NCBI GenBank assembly: GCA_964619725.1
Contig: CAZUFC010000019.1
Location: 19,696-83,695 of the forward strand
From: an uncultured bacterium
GTDB lineage: Bacteria; CSSED10-310; CAZUFC01
Direction: 5' to 3'
Length of the DNA stretch: 64,000 bases
Below the pieces are notes generated by a model. That model searched no databases, was not told the DNA's origin, and saw nothing but the letters and a program-made list of their open reading frames with translations. The translations under genes were made by a program, and so were the position numbers. Below, piece by piece: positions 29,001 to 36,624 of this stretch (the stretch's first letter is position 1; every line of letters begins with the position of its first letter).

Positions 29001-30981
29001 CATAATCTTCAACATGATAGGGCAAATGCAGACCCTGTACGTCGATCCAGTCGCCGCTTCCGGTTATCGTTCCGTAAACCCGGATAGCCTGTTTGTAATT
29101 GTCGATAATAGTGTTGCCGCTGTAGACAGGGAAGGAGTTGTTCGCCTGAGAAAGAGGAAATTCCGTAGAATCCGTAATCGTGTTATTGGTAATGGAGGGC
29201 GAACCTTGATCAATGAATATTCCGTCATGAAGTCCCGTTATGTTATTATTGTTTATTGAAGTTGAGGTTGCCGGATAATCCAGCCAAACGCCTGTTCCGC
29301 CGCCGTCCGGACTGTTCAGGGAATTCCCCTGACATGTGGTTACAGGCCGGGCGCTTTCCGTTCCATGCACACGGAAACAATAATTGTTGCAGTTAAAAGT
29401 GTTGTTGTTTACCGTCGGCGACGTTACGTAAGAACTGCTGGGCAAGAGATACATGCCGTACGCGCCGTTTTGAAACTCGCAATTCGTAATCGAAGGGGAT
29501 GAAACCGCATTGGATACCGCCCTGTACCTGACGGCCATCTGATAGTAATTTCTGAAGATACAATCAGTTATGGTCAGATTCACATATTCCGCATTAACCA
29601 TCACGAACCAGTTCCCGTGAGGGTCTCCGTATCCTCCGTATCGCATATCGACATTTCGCAGAATATTGCCGTGAGTAGTCGCATAATACAGCGTGCCCCA
29701 GTTGCCGGCGCCGGGAGTCGTGCCGGAGCCGTCGCCGTTTGAATCGCCCCAGGCCGTGTCGTCATATTCGGACGTTAAAATTACTTTCGGTCCGGATGCA
29801 GGAAGATTCAAGTTTCCATGAACGCTGAACCAGCGCCGGGACCCCGACTGCATCTTGACCACTACGCCGCTGTTTACAGTCAGAGTCGTTCCCGCCTCTA
29901 CCACCATGTCTCCATCTTCAACATGATAAGGAAGCTGCAGACCCTGAACATTGTGCCAGGTTCCCGAAGATTCCAACGTTCCGTAAACCCGGATAGCCTG
30001 TTTCACATTTCCCGTTATCGTATTGCCGGAATAGGTGGGAAAACATGTGTTTATTTGAGACAGAGGAAATTCCGTGCAGTCGTTTATCGTATTATTCGAC
30101 ACCGTCGGAGACCCGCCGTCGATGACCAGGCCATACTGAACCTCTGCTATTACATTGTTGGAAATCAATGAAGCATTATCGGGATGCTCCAGCCAGACGC
30201 CCGTACCCGTTCCGCCGCTGCTGGTCACTGTATTGCCGGTAATAGTCAAATGGGGCCGCAGTATCTCGTAACCGACCACACGAATGCCGTAATTCGTCGC
30301 TTCAATGATGTTGTCGGTTATACTCGCAGAAGTTAAAAACGAATCGCTTGCAGTCATATATATTCCGTAGGGAACGTTTTCGAATGTACAATTCGTAATG
30401 ACGGGCGATGCTGCAGACGTATCGCATGCCGTGTAGGACACCGCAACATTATAGATGCTTTTGAAAGTCACGTTGTCCAGCTCCGTATCGACTCCGTTCA
30501 CTTTAACCGCCATCCACCAACTGCCGTGAGGGTCTCCGTATCCCGCATACCTTATTTCCACATTTTCAAGAGTATTGCCGTTGCAGGCATAATAAATCAA
30601 ACCCCAATTGCCGGGACCGGGAACCGTGGTCGAACCGTCGCCGTTCGTGTCTCCGCCCAACGTGTCATCATAATCTGATGTGAAATAAACCGGATTGGAC
30701 GGAGTTCCCATAAGCAACAAAGTTCCGTCGGTAACGCTGAACCATCTTCTGTACCCGGACTGCATCTTGATTATCACTCCAGCTTCCACTGTTAATGTCG
30801 CTCCATTCGAAATGGAAATATCGGCCTTAACCCAGTAAGGACTGCCGGCCAGAGTCCAGTCCGTATCCGTTGTTATGCTTCCATTGGTTATCTCAGTATA
30901 AGCAAACGCCTGACCGCCGGTCAGCAGGAAGCAAATCCCAAAGAACAACAGGCATACCGCGCTCCTTCGATATCTTTTCAT
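23047..30981 (-). CDS. Giant secreted surface protein: 4 beta-helix repeats, 2+5 PPC-like Cys-rich domains, C-terminal beta-helix, IPTL-CTERM-like anchor
   Basis: Start moved to ATG 30981 (RBS GAGGAGG); signal peptide ending AFA; 4x TSxxDDTxxGDxNGDG..WG..Y..Y[AG]GYGDPHG[SN]W; 5x PQTNCG repeats; tail IPALSVFG-TM-RKIGSKR. Confidence 0.85.
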   Translation of the reverse strand: MKRYRRSAVCLLFFGICFLLTGGQAFAYTEITNGSITTDTDWTLAGSPYWVKADISISNGATLTVEAGVIIKMQSGYRRWFSVTDGTLLLMGTPSNPVYFTSDYDDTLGGDTNGDGSTTVPGPGNWGLIYYACNGNTLENVEIRYAGYGDPHGSWWMAVKVNGVDTELDNVTFKSIYNVAVSYTACDTSAASPVITNCTFENVPYGIYMTASDSFLTSASITDNIIEATNYGIRVVGYEILRPHLTITGNTVTSSGGTGTGVWLEHPDNASLISNNVIAEVQYGLVIDGGSPTVSNNTINDCTEFPLSQINTCFPTYSGNTITGNVKQAIRVYGTLESSGTWHNVQGLQLPYHVEDGDMVVEAGTTLTVNSGVVVKMQSGSRRWFSVHGNLNLPASGPKVILTSEYDDTAWGDSNGDGSGTTPGAGNWGTLYYATTHGNILRNVDMRYGGYGDPHGNWFVMVNAEYVNLTITDCIFRNYYQMAVRYRAVSNAVSSPSITNCEFQNGAYGMYLLPSSSYVTSPTVNNNTFNCNNYCFRVHGTESARPVTTCQGNSLNSPDGGGTGVWLDYPATSTSINNNNITGLHDGIFIDQGSPSITNNTITDSTEFPLSQANNSFPVYSGNTIIDNYKQAIRVYGTITGSGDWIDVQGLHLPYHVEDYDMTIADGAELTIDPGVVVKMETGARRWFSVHGTLNLPAVGDPVILTSDRDDTAWGDSNGDGTGTTPGAADWGVLYYATSDGNILRNMDIRYGGYGDPHGNWWTMVHIEQVNTTINNCTFSGVYHLGLRYNAKTGAATSPSITACSFLDGTYGIQVNPSGSFITSPYISGNDINCSGWGIYIQGIELSKPNLTITGNLITSPAGTGNGMQFYWPASASTISGNTVDFVQNGIYISNGSPSITDNSLVNCTRFPLVQAENSFPTYSGNAIADNYNQAIKVHGTITGEGTWLDVQNMGLPYHVYDADMVVAAGATLHINAGIVVKMQAGVRRWFSVNGTLDLQGQPWNLVYFTSERDDTLGGDSNGDGDATLPGAGDWGVLSYTSELNSLQNTEFRYGGYGDPHGNWWMTVAVRQVTIPVMNCKFKNTYHVGLYYSADQTGPSAATVFHNTFEGGAYGIIFAGAAAYDTTADILYNYIDVGATGTGLRITQVDGLSTVRLNTIIDNGYGVDVYGEHGAFDIHYNNIYGNAYYGVRCDGPPCVDASHCWWGFNTGPFDEESGAGYCDNINPGDGDEISEYVDYSDWEQEIYPTGLLNCDSAVEISCGQTLSMQSTQTGEDNVDVYGCNPFLNESGNERVYYVDTSSTASLQAYVEPLFNTDPDIFILGSCNEEDCMAYGDDAAIIAQTPPGRYYIVVDSPDSPVYFNLTVVCAQSTFTPTFTPTPEATATPLPELDCSGAVTIFCNQPYTGDTTGGNSNVEIYNCAPEFTFSGPEIVHAVTTTGVSDLEVILNTSAPLGFLVLTDCSEYSCIGWGYTSTTLTDQPAGTYYVVVDGILGNSGAYTLTVNCEGSSATNTPTRTPTQTPTIPPTDTPSSTPTWTPTTEQSPTITFTPTAIPTETPIPQTNCGGYDDWQDYACGLTDLFGEDFITFFVVHQTCDVTISIDGVTPGDYDPILLLLSGPSPGQCIAYADDNGQGQGETLTMPSLAPGTYFAAVDSFESCGYWNLTLSIDDCLTPTPIPTRTPIPQTNCGWYDDWQDYACGLTGLNGEDFITFFTVQEVCDVTLTVTGVTPGDYDPVFLLLNEADPQSCFIYADDNGAGMGETITVNSMAPGNYYAVVDSYESCGYWDLSFMLNNSHSPTPTPTLFATNTPTFTAIPTNTPIPQTNCGWFNDFEDYACGPTGLAGEDFITFFVVQQTCDVTISIDNITPENYDPVLLLLDGPGPQYCFAYADDYGAAEGESITITAMEPGTYYATVDSYQDCGFWNISITMDNCLTPTPIPTETPIPQTNCGWYDDWQNYACGMYDLFGEDFVTFFVVQQVCDVTIAIDSVTPGDYDPVLLLLDGPDPLYCFAYADDNGAGLGESITVPAMEPGNYYAVVDAEESCGYWNLSYSLDNCLTSTPSPTPPNTPTPNPQTNCGWFDDYQDYGCGISGLNGEDLGIVFINNQYCDVTIQIDNVTPGDYDPILLIMDGPEPQDCFIYADENGDAQGETIMLTALEPGTYYAVVDSYESCGYFNYQLTYENCQPYSPTPTLTPTQVLTPTSTPTHVCTTILVPQDFQTIQEAIDAAVDCDTVLVDEGTYAGDRNKNLDLMGKAITVASVNGPENSIIDCENDGRGFIVFRGEGNDTIVSGFTVRNCNATYGAGIYIQNSSPAILDCFVESCVSASDGGGVYCTSTSSPVITDCIITGNSAGGMGGGLYCRDFSNPTITNTDITSNSADFGGAVESYSASPHFIGCNISDNFGVHNGGIFFDIGSGCILENCTIAHNSSVDQGGGLHIISDNPEVLIKNCLIIGNETQNYGGGVECWYSSPTFLNCTFSENSAQMNAGALHCMNSSPTIKNCIFWNNFPNEIGTSGLSVIDMTYSNVQGGFEGEGNMNQDPLFVDPDNSDFHLQSTVGSYHNGAWGEDESCSPCIDAGDPVDLCDCEPPPHGDIINMGAYGNTEQASKSCFRDIPALSVFGIITLILTMGFLTRKIGSKRND

Positions 30982-31202
30982 AAATGAATTCCTCCTCCTC
31001 AATTCGCCGTTCAATCAATGCACGACGAATAATTGAACATAAAAGATTAAATTAATTCATTAAGCTGTTTCTTTTTCGATTCAAAACTATGAAGCTAACG
31101 CCGGAAACCTTCCCCTGTCAGGATTAACATGTTTCAATATACAACCAGGTCAAGCCTTCCGGCGCATCGCTTGAAATTAAACCGGTGAGAGATGATAATT
31201 GA

Positions 31203-34200
31203 TTATAAAATGTCGGTTCGTTTTTTCTTCGCTCCTTTCAGGGCAAGACATCCTAAAGAAAGGATCAGGAGTATTATCCCCGTGACTGAGAAGGCGGGAA
31301 TAGGCGCATAGCAAGATTTGGATGCCTGGTCCGTATTGCCGTAGGCTCCCATATTGATTTTGTTGCCGTGGGGCATAGGTTCGCAGTCGCAAGCATCGGC
31401 GGGATCGCCGGCATCGATGCAGGGGGAGCAGTTTTCATCCGCCCCCCAGGCGCCGTTGTGGTAGCTTCCGATAGTAGACTGCAGATGAAAATCGCCGTTG
31501 CCCGGGTCGACGAACAGCGGGTCCTGATCCATATTGCCTTCGCCTTCGAATCCGCCTTGCACGTTAGAGTAAGTCATATAAATGACGGATAGGCCGGAAC
31601 TTACGATTTCATTGGGCAAATTGTTCCAGAAAATGCAATTCTTGACGACCGGGGCAGCATTCAGACAATGGATGGCCCCGCCGTTCATTACTGCGGAATT
31701 CTCGCTGAATGTGCAATTCAGGAAAGTCGGACTAGAATACCAGCATTCGACGCCGCCTCCGTAGTTTTGCGTTTCATTTCCGATGATGAGGCAATTTTTT
31801 ATGAGAGCATCGGGATTATCGCTGATGATGTGCAATCCTCCGCCCTGATCCACTGAAGAATTGTAAGCGATAGTGCAATTTTCCAGCACGCAGGCCGACC
31901 CGATGTCGAAAAAGACTCCGCCGTTGTGAACGCCATAGTTTTCGCTAATATTGCAGCCGATAAGATGGGGTGAAGCGCTGTAACTTTCGATTCCTCCGCC
32001 GAATTGAGCTGTATTTGCTGTTATGTCTGTGTTGGTGATGACGGGGTTGGAGAAATCCCGGCAGTATAATCCGCCGCCCATGCCGCCGGAAGTATTTTCC
32101 GTGATTATGCAATCGGTTACATTGGGTGAGGAAGTGCTGGAGCAGTAGAGTCCGGCGCCGTCGGAATCGGAAATGCACGATTTCACAGTACATTCCAGGA
32201 GTGTCGGAGAAGAATTCTGGATGTATATTCCCGCTCCGTATGTTGCGTTGGCGTTGCGGACCGTAAGGCCGCTGATGACTGAGCCGCTTCCTTCTCCTCT
32301 GAATATGATGAAACCTCTGCCGTCGTCTTCGCAATCTATTATACTGTAATCCGGTCCGTTGACTGAGGTAACGGTAATCGCCTTGCCTTTCATATCGAGA
32401 TTCTTGTTTCGGTCTCCGGTATAGGTTCCATCGTCGATCAGTACCGTATCGCAGTCAATCGCCGCATCAATGGCGTGCTGTATCGTTGTATAGTCTTGAG
32501 GCACCTGAATGACGGTGCAGACATGGGTCGGCGTGCTGGAGGGCGTGATGGCTTCCGTCGGCGTATAGGTCGGAGTGGGTGAATTCGACTGGCAGTTTTC
32601 AAAGGCTTGCTGGAAATTGAAGTAACCGCAGCTTTCGTAAGAATCGACGACCGCATAATAGTTTCCGGGCGGAAGCGCCGGCATGGTGATGGATTCTCCT
32701 TCTCCGGCCCCGTAGTCATCAGCGAAAATAAAGCAGGTTTCGGGTTCGGGTCCGCTCATGATGAGCAGCACGGGGTCATATTCCGGGGTGACGTTGCTGA
32801 TGGTGATGGTAACGTCGCAGTATTCATGGTTCATGAAGAATATGCCGAGGTCTTCCCCGTTAAGGCCGGAAATTCCGCATCCGTATTCCTGGTAATCGTC
32901 GTACCAACCGCAGTTGGTTTGAGGATAAGGCGTAGGCGTGTCGGTGGGCGTGGGCAGTGGAGTCGATGTTTGACAGTTGTCGAGGGAATAGATGAGGTTC
33001 CAGTAACCGCAATCCTCGTAAGAATCGACCACCGCATAATAGTTTCCCGGTTCCAGGGCTGCTATGGTGATGGTTTCTCCCTGTCCCGTTCCGTTATCAT
33101 CTGCATAGGCGAAGCAGTACATAGGCCCGGGTCCGTCAAGAAGCAGGAGGATCGGATCATAGTCGCCTGGAGTTATATTGTCGATGGAGAGCGTGACGTC
33201 GCAGACCTGGTTGACGACGAAGAAGGTGATGAAATCTTCACCGTACAGATCGCTTAATCCGCAGGCGTAATCCTGCCAGTCGTCGTACCATCCGCAGTTG
33301 GTTTGAGGAATAGGCGTTTCAGTAGGAATGGGAGTCGGAGTGATGCAATTATCCATGGAGAGCGTAATATTCCAGAAACCGCAATCTTCGTAAGAATCGA
33401 CCACAGCATAATATGTGCCGGGTTCCATTCCGGGTATGGTTATGCTTTCGCCTTCTGCCGCGCCGCCGTCGTCGGCATAAATGAAGCAATTTTCAGGACC
33501 CGGACCGTCCAGAAGCAGCAGCACAGGATCGTAATTGGCCGGCGTCACGGTGTCGATACTGATGGTGACGTCGCAATGCTGATGAACGACGAAAAATGTG
33601 GCGAAATCTTCACCGTTAAGGCCTGTTATGCCGCATCCGTAATCCTGCCAGTCGTCGTACCACCCGCAGTTGGTCTGGGGAATAGGCGTATTGGTGGGAA
33701 TAGCAGTGATTGTGGGCGTATTGGTTGCGAATATGGTGGGCGTCGGAGTCGGGGAATGACAATTGTTGAGTGAGAAGGTGAGGTCCCAGTAGCCGCAGGA
33801 TTCATACGAATCGATGACGGCATAGTAATTGCCCGGAGCCAGTTGACTGACGTTTATGGTTTCGCCCTGTCCAGCTCCGTTATCGTCCGCATAAGCGAAA
33901 CAGTTTGCGGGGTCCGGTTCGTCCAAAAGCAGTATGATCGGATCGTAATCCCCGGGCGTTATGTTGTTTATAGACAGCGTAACGTCGCATACTTCATGAA
34001 CTGTAAAGAATGTGATGAAATCTTCACCGTCAAGGCCTGAGAGCCCGCATCCGTAATCCTGCCAGTCGTCGTACCATCCGCAGTTGGTCTGAGGCAAAGG
34101 CGTTCCTGTAGGAATGGGAGTAGGCGTCAGGCATTCGTCTATCGAAAGCGTCAAGTTCCAGTAACCGCAGGATTCAAAGGAGTCGACTGCAATGTAGTAA

Positions 34201-36605
34201 GCTCCCGGAGCCAATGATGTAACCGTCAGAGTTTCTCCCTGCCCCTGGCCGTTGTCGTCGGCATAGGTTATGCAATGATCGGGGCCCGGACCGTCGAGCA
34301 GTATGAGTATCGGATCATACTCGCCCGGAGTCACGTTGTCCATGGCTATAGTGACGTCGCAGGTCTGATGCAGCATGAAAAAGGAGATGAAATCCTCTCC
34401 ATTCAGGCCGGTGAGTCCGCTGCATGAGTAATCCTGCCAGTCGTCGAACCAGCCGCAGTTGGTCTGAGGAATGGGCGTGTTGGTCGGTATGACGGTCGGG
34501 GTCAGCGTCAACGTCGGCGTTGGAGACGCGCAATTGCTGAGGTTGTAGGTTATGTCCCAGTAACCGCAGTCGGCATAGGAATCTACGACGACATAATAGT
34601 AACCGGGCGCCATGGAATTGAGAGATAACGTTTCGCCCTGCCCGGCTCCGTTATCGTCGACGTACCCTATGCAATGATCGGGGCCCGGACCGTCCAGGAT
34701 AAGCAGTATGGGATCGTAAGCGCCCGGAGTGATGTTGTCTATGGTTAGAGTTACGTCGCATACTTCAGGTACAGATATGAAAGTGGCGAAATCTTCGCCT
34801 TCCAGTCCCGTAAGGCCGCAGGCGTAATCCTGCCAGTCGTCGAACCAGCCGCAGTTGGTTTGAGGAATAGGCGTTCCGGTGGGTATGGGCGTTGGCGTCT
34901 GACAGTTTTCTATCATGAGAGTGAAGTCCCAGTAACCGCAACTTTCATAAGAGTCTACGACGGCATAATAGTATCCCGGCTGCAGAGCCTGCAAGGTAAC
35001 GCTTTCGCCCTGTCCGTCTCCGTTGTCGTCGGCGTAGGCAATGCAATGTTCGGGTCCCGGTCCGTCCAGGATAAGCAGTATGGGATCGTAATCGCCGGGT
35101 GTGACGTTATCGATAGTCAAGGTCACGTCGCATACCCCGTTCACAACGAAAAATGTTATGAAATCTTCTCCCGCCAGTCCCGTAAGGCCTCCACAGGCGT
35201 AATCTTCCCAATCATTGCCGTATCCGCAGTTGGTCTGGGGAATAGGCGTTCCGGTCGGCACAGGAGTCGGCGTAAGAGTGTTAGAAGGGGTACGTGTAGC
35301 GGTCCTGGTGGGCGATAAAGTAACCGTCGGCGTCCAGGTAGGCGTCCAGCTCGGCGGAGGCGTCATCGTCCAGGTGGCGGTCGGCGTCATTGTCGGCGTA
35401 TTCGACGGCCCGTACAACGTGGTCGGGGTCCTCGTAGCCGTAGGCGTTCGCGTCGCCGGCTCAGGCGTTTCCGTCGTGCATGATTCAATGGTGAATTCGG
35501 CATAATCTACCTGGCCCGTTACATCCCCCAGGCTGGTCCTGAATCCTATGAAACCGGCCGCAAATTCCAGCCTGCTTGTTCCCAGTACAGCATTTTCCTT
35601 TACATGCATCATTATGTAGTAAACATTCGTTGCATTATCTCCAATGGTCCAGCCAGGATACGGATCAGGAGCGGATTTAGAATAATGAAATCCATTGGGG
35701 TATCCAGGCCAGTCGTTGCCGTACGATGAATCTTCCATGGCGGAAGGCGGAACGAAATCCGTGTGCAATACCGGCGGACTGAAAACCAGCGGATCATAAG
35801 TAAACGCGGCATCAATGCCTTCAATCGTTACCTGACTAATGTTAGGATCGAAACGGATCGCCATTGGGAAAGTAGAGCCTCGACATTGAGTCCCCGAGGA
35901 AGGAAAGAAAAATACGTGACCTACCGCCAGAGGCGTCTCCGTCGGAACGGGAGTGCAAGGTGTAGGAGACGGAAGGCCGACGATGGTATAAGTCCCGCTG
36001 CCGATTGTTCCCAGTAGCGGACCGCTCTCGGCGCTGAATCCTATGAACCCGTCAGCGAAATCGATGGTGGTCGGACCCGCCGGAGCATACTGCTTGATGG
36101 GGAACATTAATGTATGTACGTTATTATCCCCATCCGTTACAGTCCACCCAGGCTGTTCCGCGAGTTTCACCCTGGCGTAATGATAGCCGTCCGGGTCAAT
36201 AGGCCAGTTGTTTCCCAGTGATGTATCGGTCATTTCTGAATCAGAAATGTAATCCGTAGTCAATATCGGATCATCAAATACGGCTGGATCAAAGGTTATC
36301 GCGGCGTCCAATCCGGCAACCGTGGCCGAAGCCAGGTTAGGATCGAAAACAATAGTAACCGTCAATGAATCTCCGGGATAAAACGTACCGGTATCGGGAC
36401 TCAAGGCTACGCTTCCCGGCCCAGGCGTTGGAGTAGATTTCGGACCGTCTGCTGTTGCCTGTTGAGGAATCATTGAGGTAAAAACAACACCTGTTAAAAG
36501 AGCGATCATGAGCGTTCTCACGATGCTCACTCTTAATCCTGACCACGATGATATGACAGGAAATTTTCCCCTCTGAGGGGAGAGAATTTTTTGCAGAGTT
36601 TTCAT
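31203..36605 (-). CDS. Secreted scaffoldin-like protein: 2 cohesin-like domains, 7 PPC-like repeats, beta-helix, IPTL-CTERM-like anchor
   Basis: Signal peptide; two similar domains (VxxxPxxGT..G..FDPN..GxDAAxxxDPxVF..); P/T linkers; 7x PQTNCG; tail IPAFSVTG-TM-KGAKKKR; RBS GGAGG. Confidence 0.85.
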   Translation of the reverse strand: MKTLQKILSPQRGKFPVISSWSGLRVSIVRTLMIALLTGVVFTSMIPQQATADGPKSTPTPGPGSVALSPDTGTFYPGDSLTVTIVFDPNLASATVAGLDAAITFDPAVFDDPILTTDYISDSEMTDTSLGNNWPIDPDGYHYARVKLAEQPGWTVTDGDNNVHTLMFPIKQYAPAGPTTIDFADGFIGFSAESGPLLGTIGSGTYTIVGLPSPTPCTPVPTETPLAVGHVFFFPSSGTQCRGSTFPMAIRFDPNISQVTIEGIDAAFTYDPLVFSPPVLHTDFVPPSAMEDSSYGNDWPGYPNGFHYSKSAPDPYPGWTIGDNATNVYYIMMHVKENAVLGTSRLEFAAGFIGFRTSLGDVTGQVDYAEFTIESCTTETPEPATRTPTATRTPTTLYGPSNTPTMTPTATWTMTPPPSWTPTWTPTVTLSPTRTATRTPSNTLTPTPVPTGTPIPQTNCGYGNDWEDYACGGLTGLAGEDFITFFVVNGVCDVTLTIDNVTPGDYDPILLILDGPGPEHCIAYADDNGDGQGESVTLQALQPGYYYAVVDSYESCGYWDFTLMIENCQTPTPIPTGTPIPQTNCGWFDDWQDYACGLTGLEGEDFATFISVPEVCDVTLTIDNITPGAYDPILLILDGPGPDHCIGYVDDNGAGQGETLSLNSMAPGYYYVVVDSYADCGYWDITYNLSNCASPTPTLTLTPTVIPTNTPIPQTNCGWFDDWQDYSCSGLTGLNGEDFISFFMLHQTCDVTIAMDNVTPGEYDPILILLDGPGPDHCITYADDNGQGQGETLTVTSLAPGAYYIAVDSFESCGYWNLTLSIDECLTPTPIPTGTPLPQTNCGWYDDWQDYGCGLSGLDGEDFITFFTVHEVCDVTLSINNITPGDYDPIILLLDEPDPANCFAYADDNGAGQGETINVSQLAPGNYYAVIDSYESCGYWDLTFSLNNCHSPTPTPTIFATNTPTITAIPTNTPIPQTNCGWYDDWQDYGCGITGLNGEDFATFFVVHQHCDVTISIDTVTPANYDPVLLLLDGPGPENCFIYADDGGAAEGESITIPGMEPGTYYAVVDSYEDCGFWNITLSMDNCITPTPIPTETPIPQTNCGWYDDWQDYACGLSDLYGEDFITFFVVNQVCDVTLSIDNITPGDYDPILLLLDGPGPMYCFAYADDNGTGQGETITIAALEPGNYYAVVDSYEDCGYWNLIYSLDNCQTSTPLPTPTDTPTPYPQTNCGWYDDYQEYGCGISGLNGEDLGIFFMNHEYCDVTITISNVTPEYDPVLLIMSGPEPETCFIFADDYGAGEGESITMPALPPGNYYAVVDSYESCGYFNFQQAFENCQSNSPTPTYTPTEAITPSSTPTHVCTVIQVPQDYTTIQHAIDAAIDCDTVLIDDGTYTGDRNKNLDMKGKAITVTSVNGPDYSIIDCEDDGRGFIIFRGEGSGSVISGLTVRNANATYGAGIYIQNSSPTLLECTVKSCISDSDGAGLYCSSTSSPNVTDCIITENTSGGMGGGLYCRDFSNPVITNTDITANTAQFGGGIESYSASPHLIGCNISENYGVHNGGVFFDIGSACVLENCTIAYNSSVDQGGGLHIISDNPDALIKNCLIIGNETQNYGGGVECWYSSPTFLNCTFSENSAVMNGGAIHCLNAAPVVKNCIFWNNLPNEIVSSGLSVIYMTYSNVQGGFEGEGNMDQDPLFVDPGNGDFHLQSTIGSYHNGAWGADENCSPCIDAGDPADACDCEPMPHGNKINMGAYGNTDQASKSCYAPIPAFSVTGIILLILSLGCLALKGAKKKRTDIL

Positions 36606-36624
36606 TTCTGTTTCCCCTCCCCTT

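Noticed and set aside
24424-33773. Long antisense ORFs (e.g. 24424-25398, 28630-29259, 32607-33257)
   Set aside because: Shadow frames opposite biased-codon repeat genes; no recognisable motifs
23047-34470. Diversity-generating retroelement (TR/VR pair)
   Set aside because: Both copies are coding, differences by eye are mostly synonymous and not adenine-specific, and no reverse transcriptase is present
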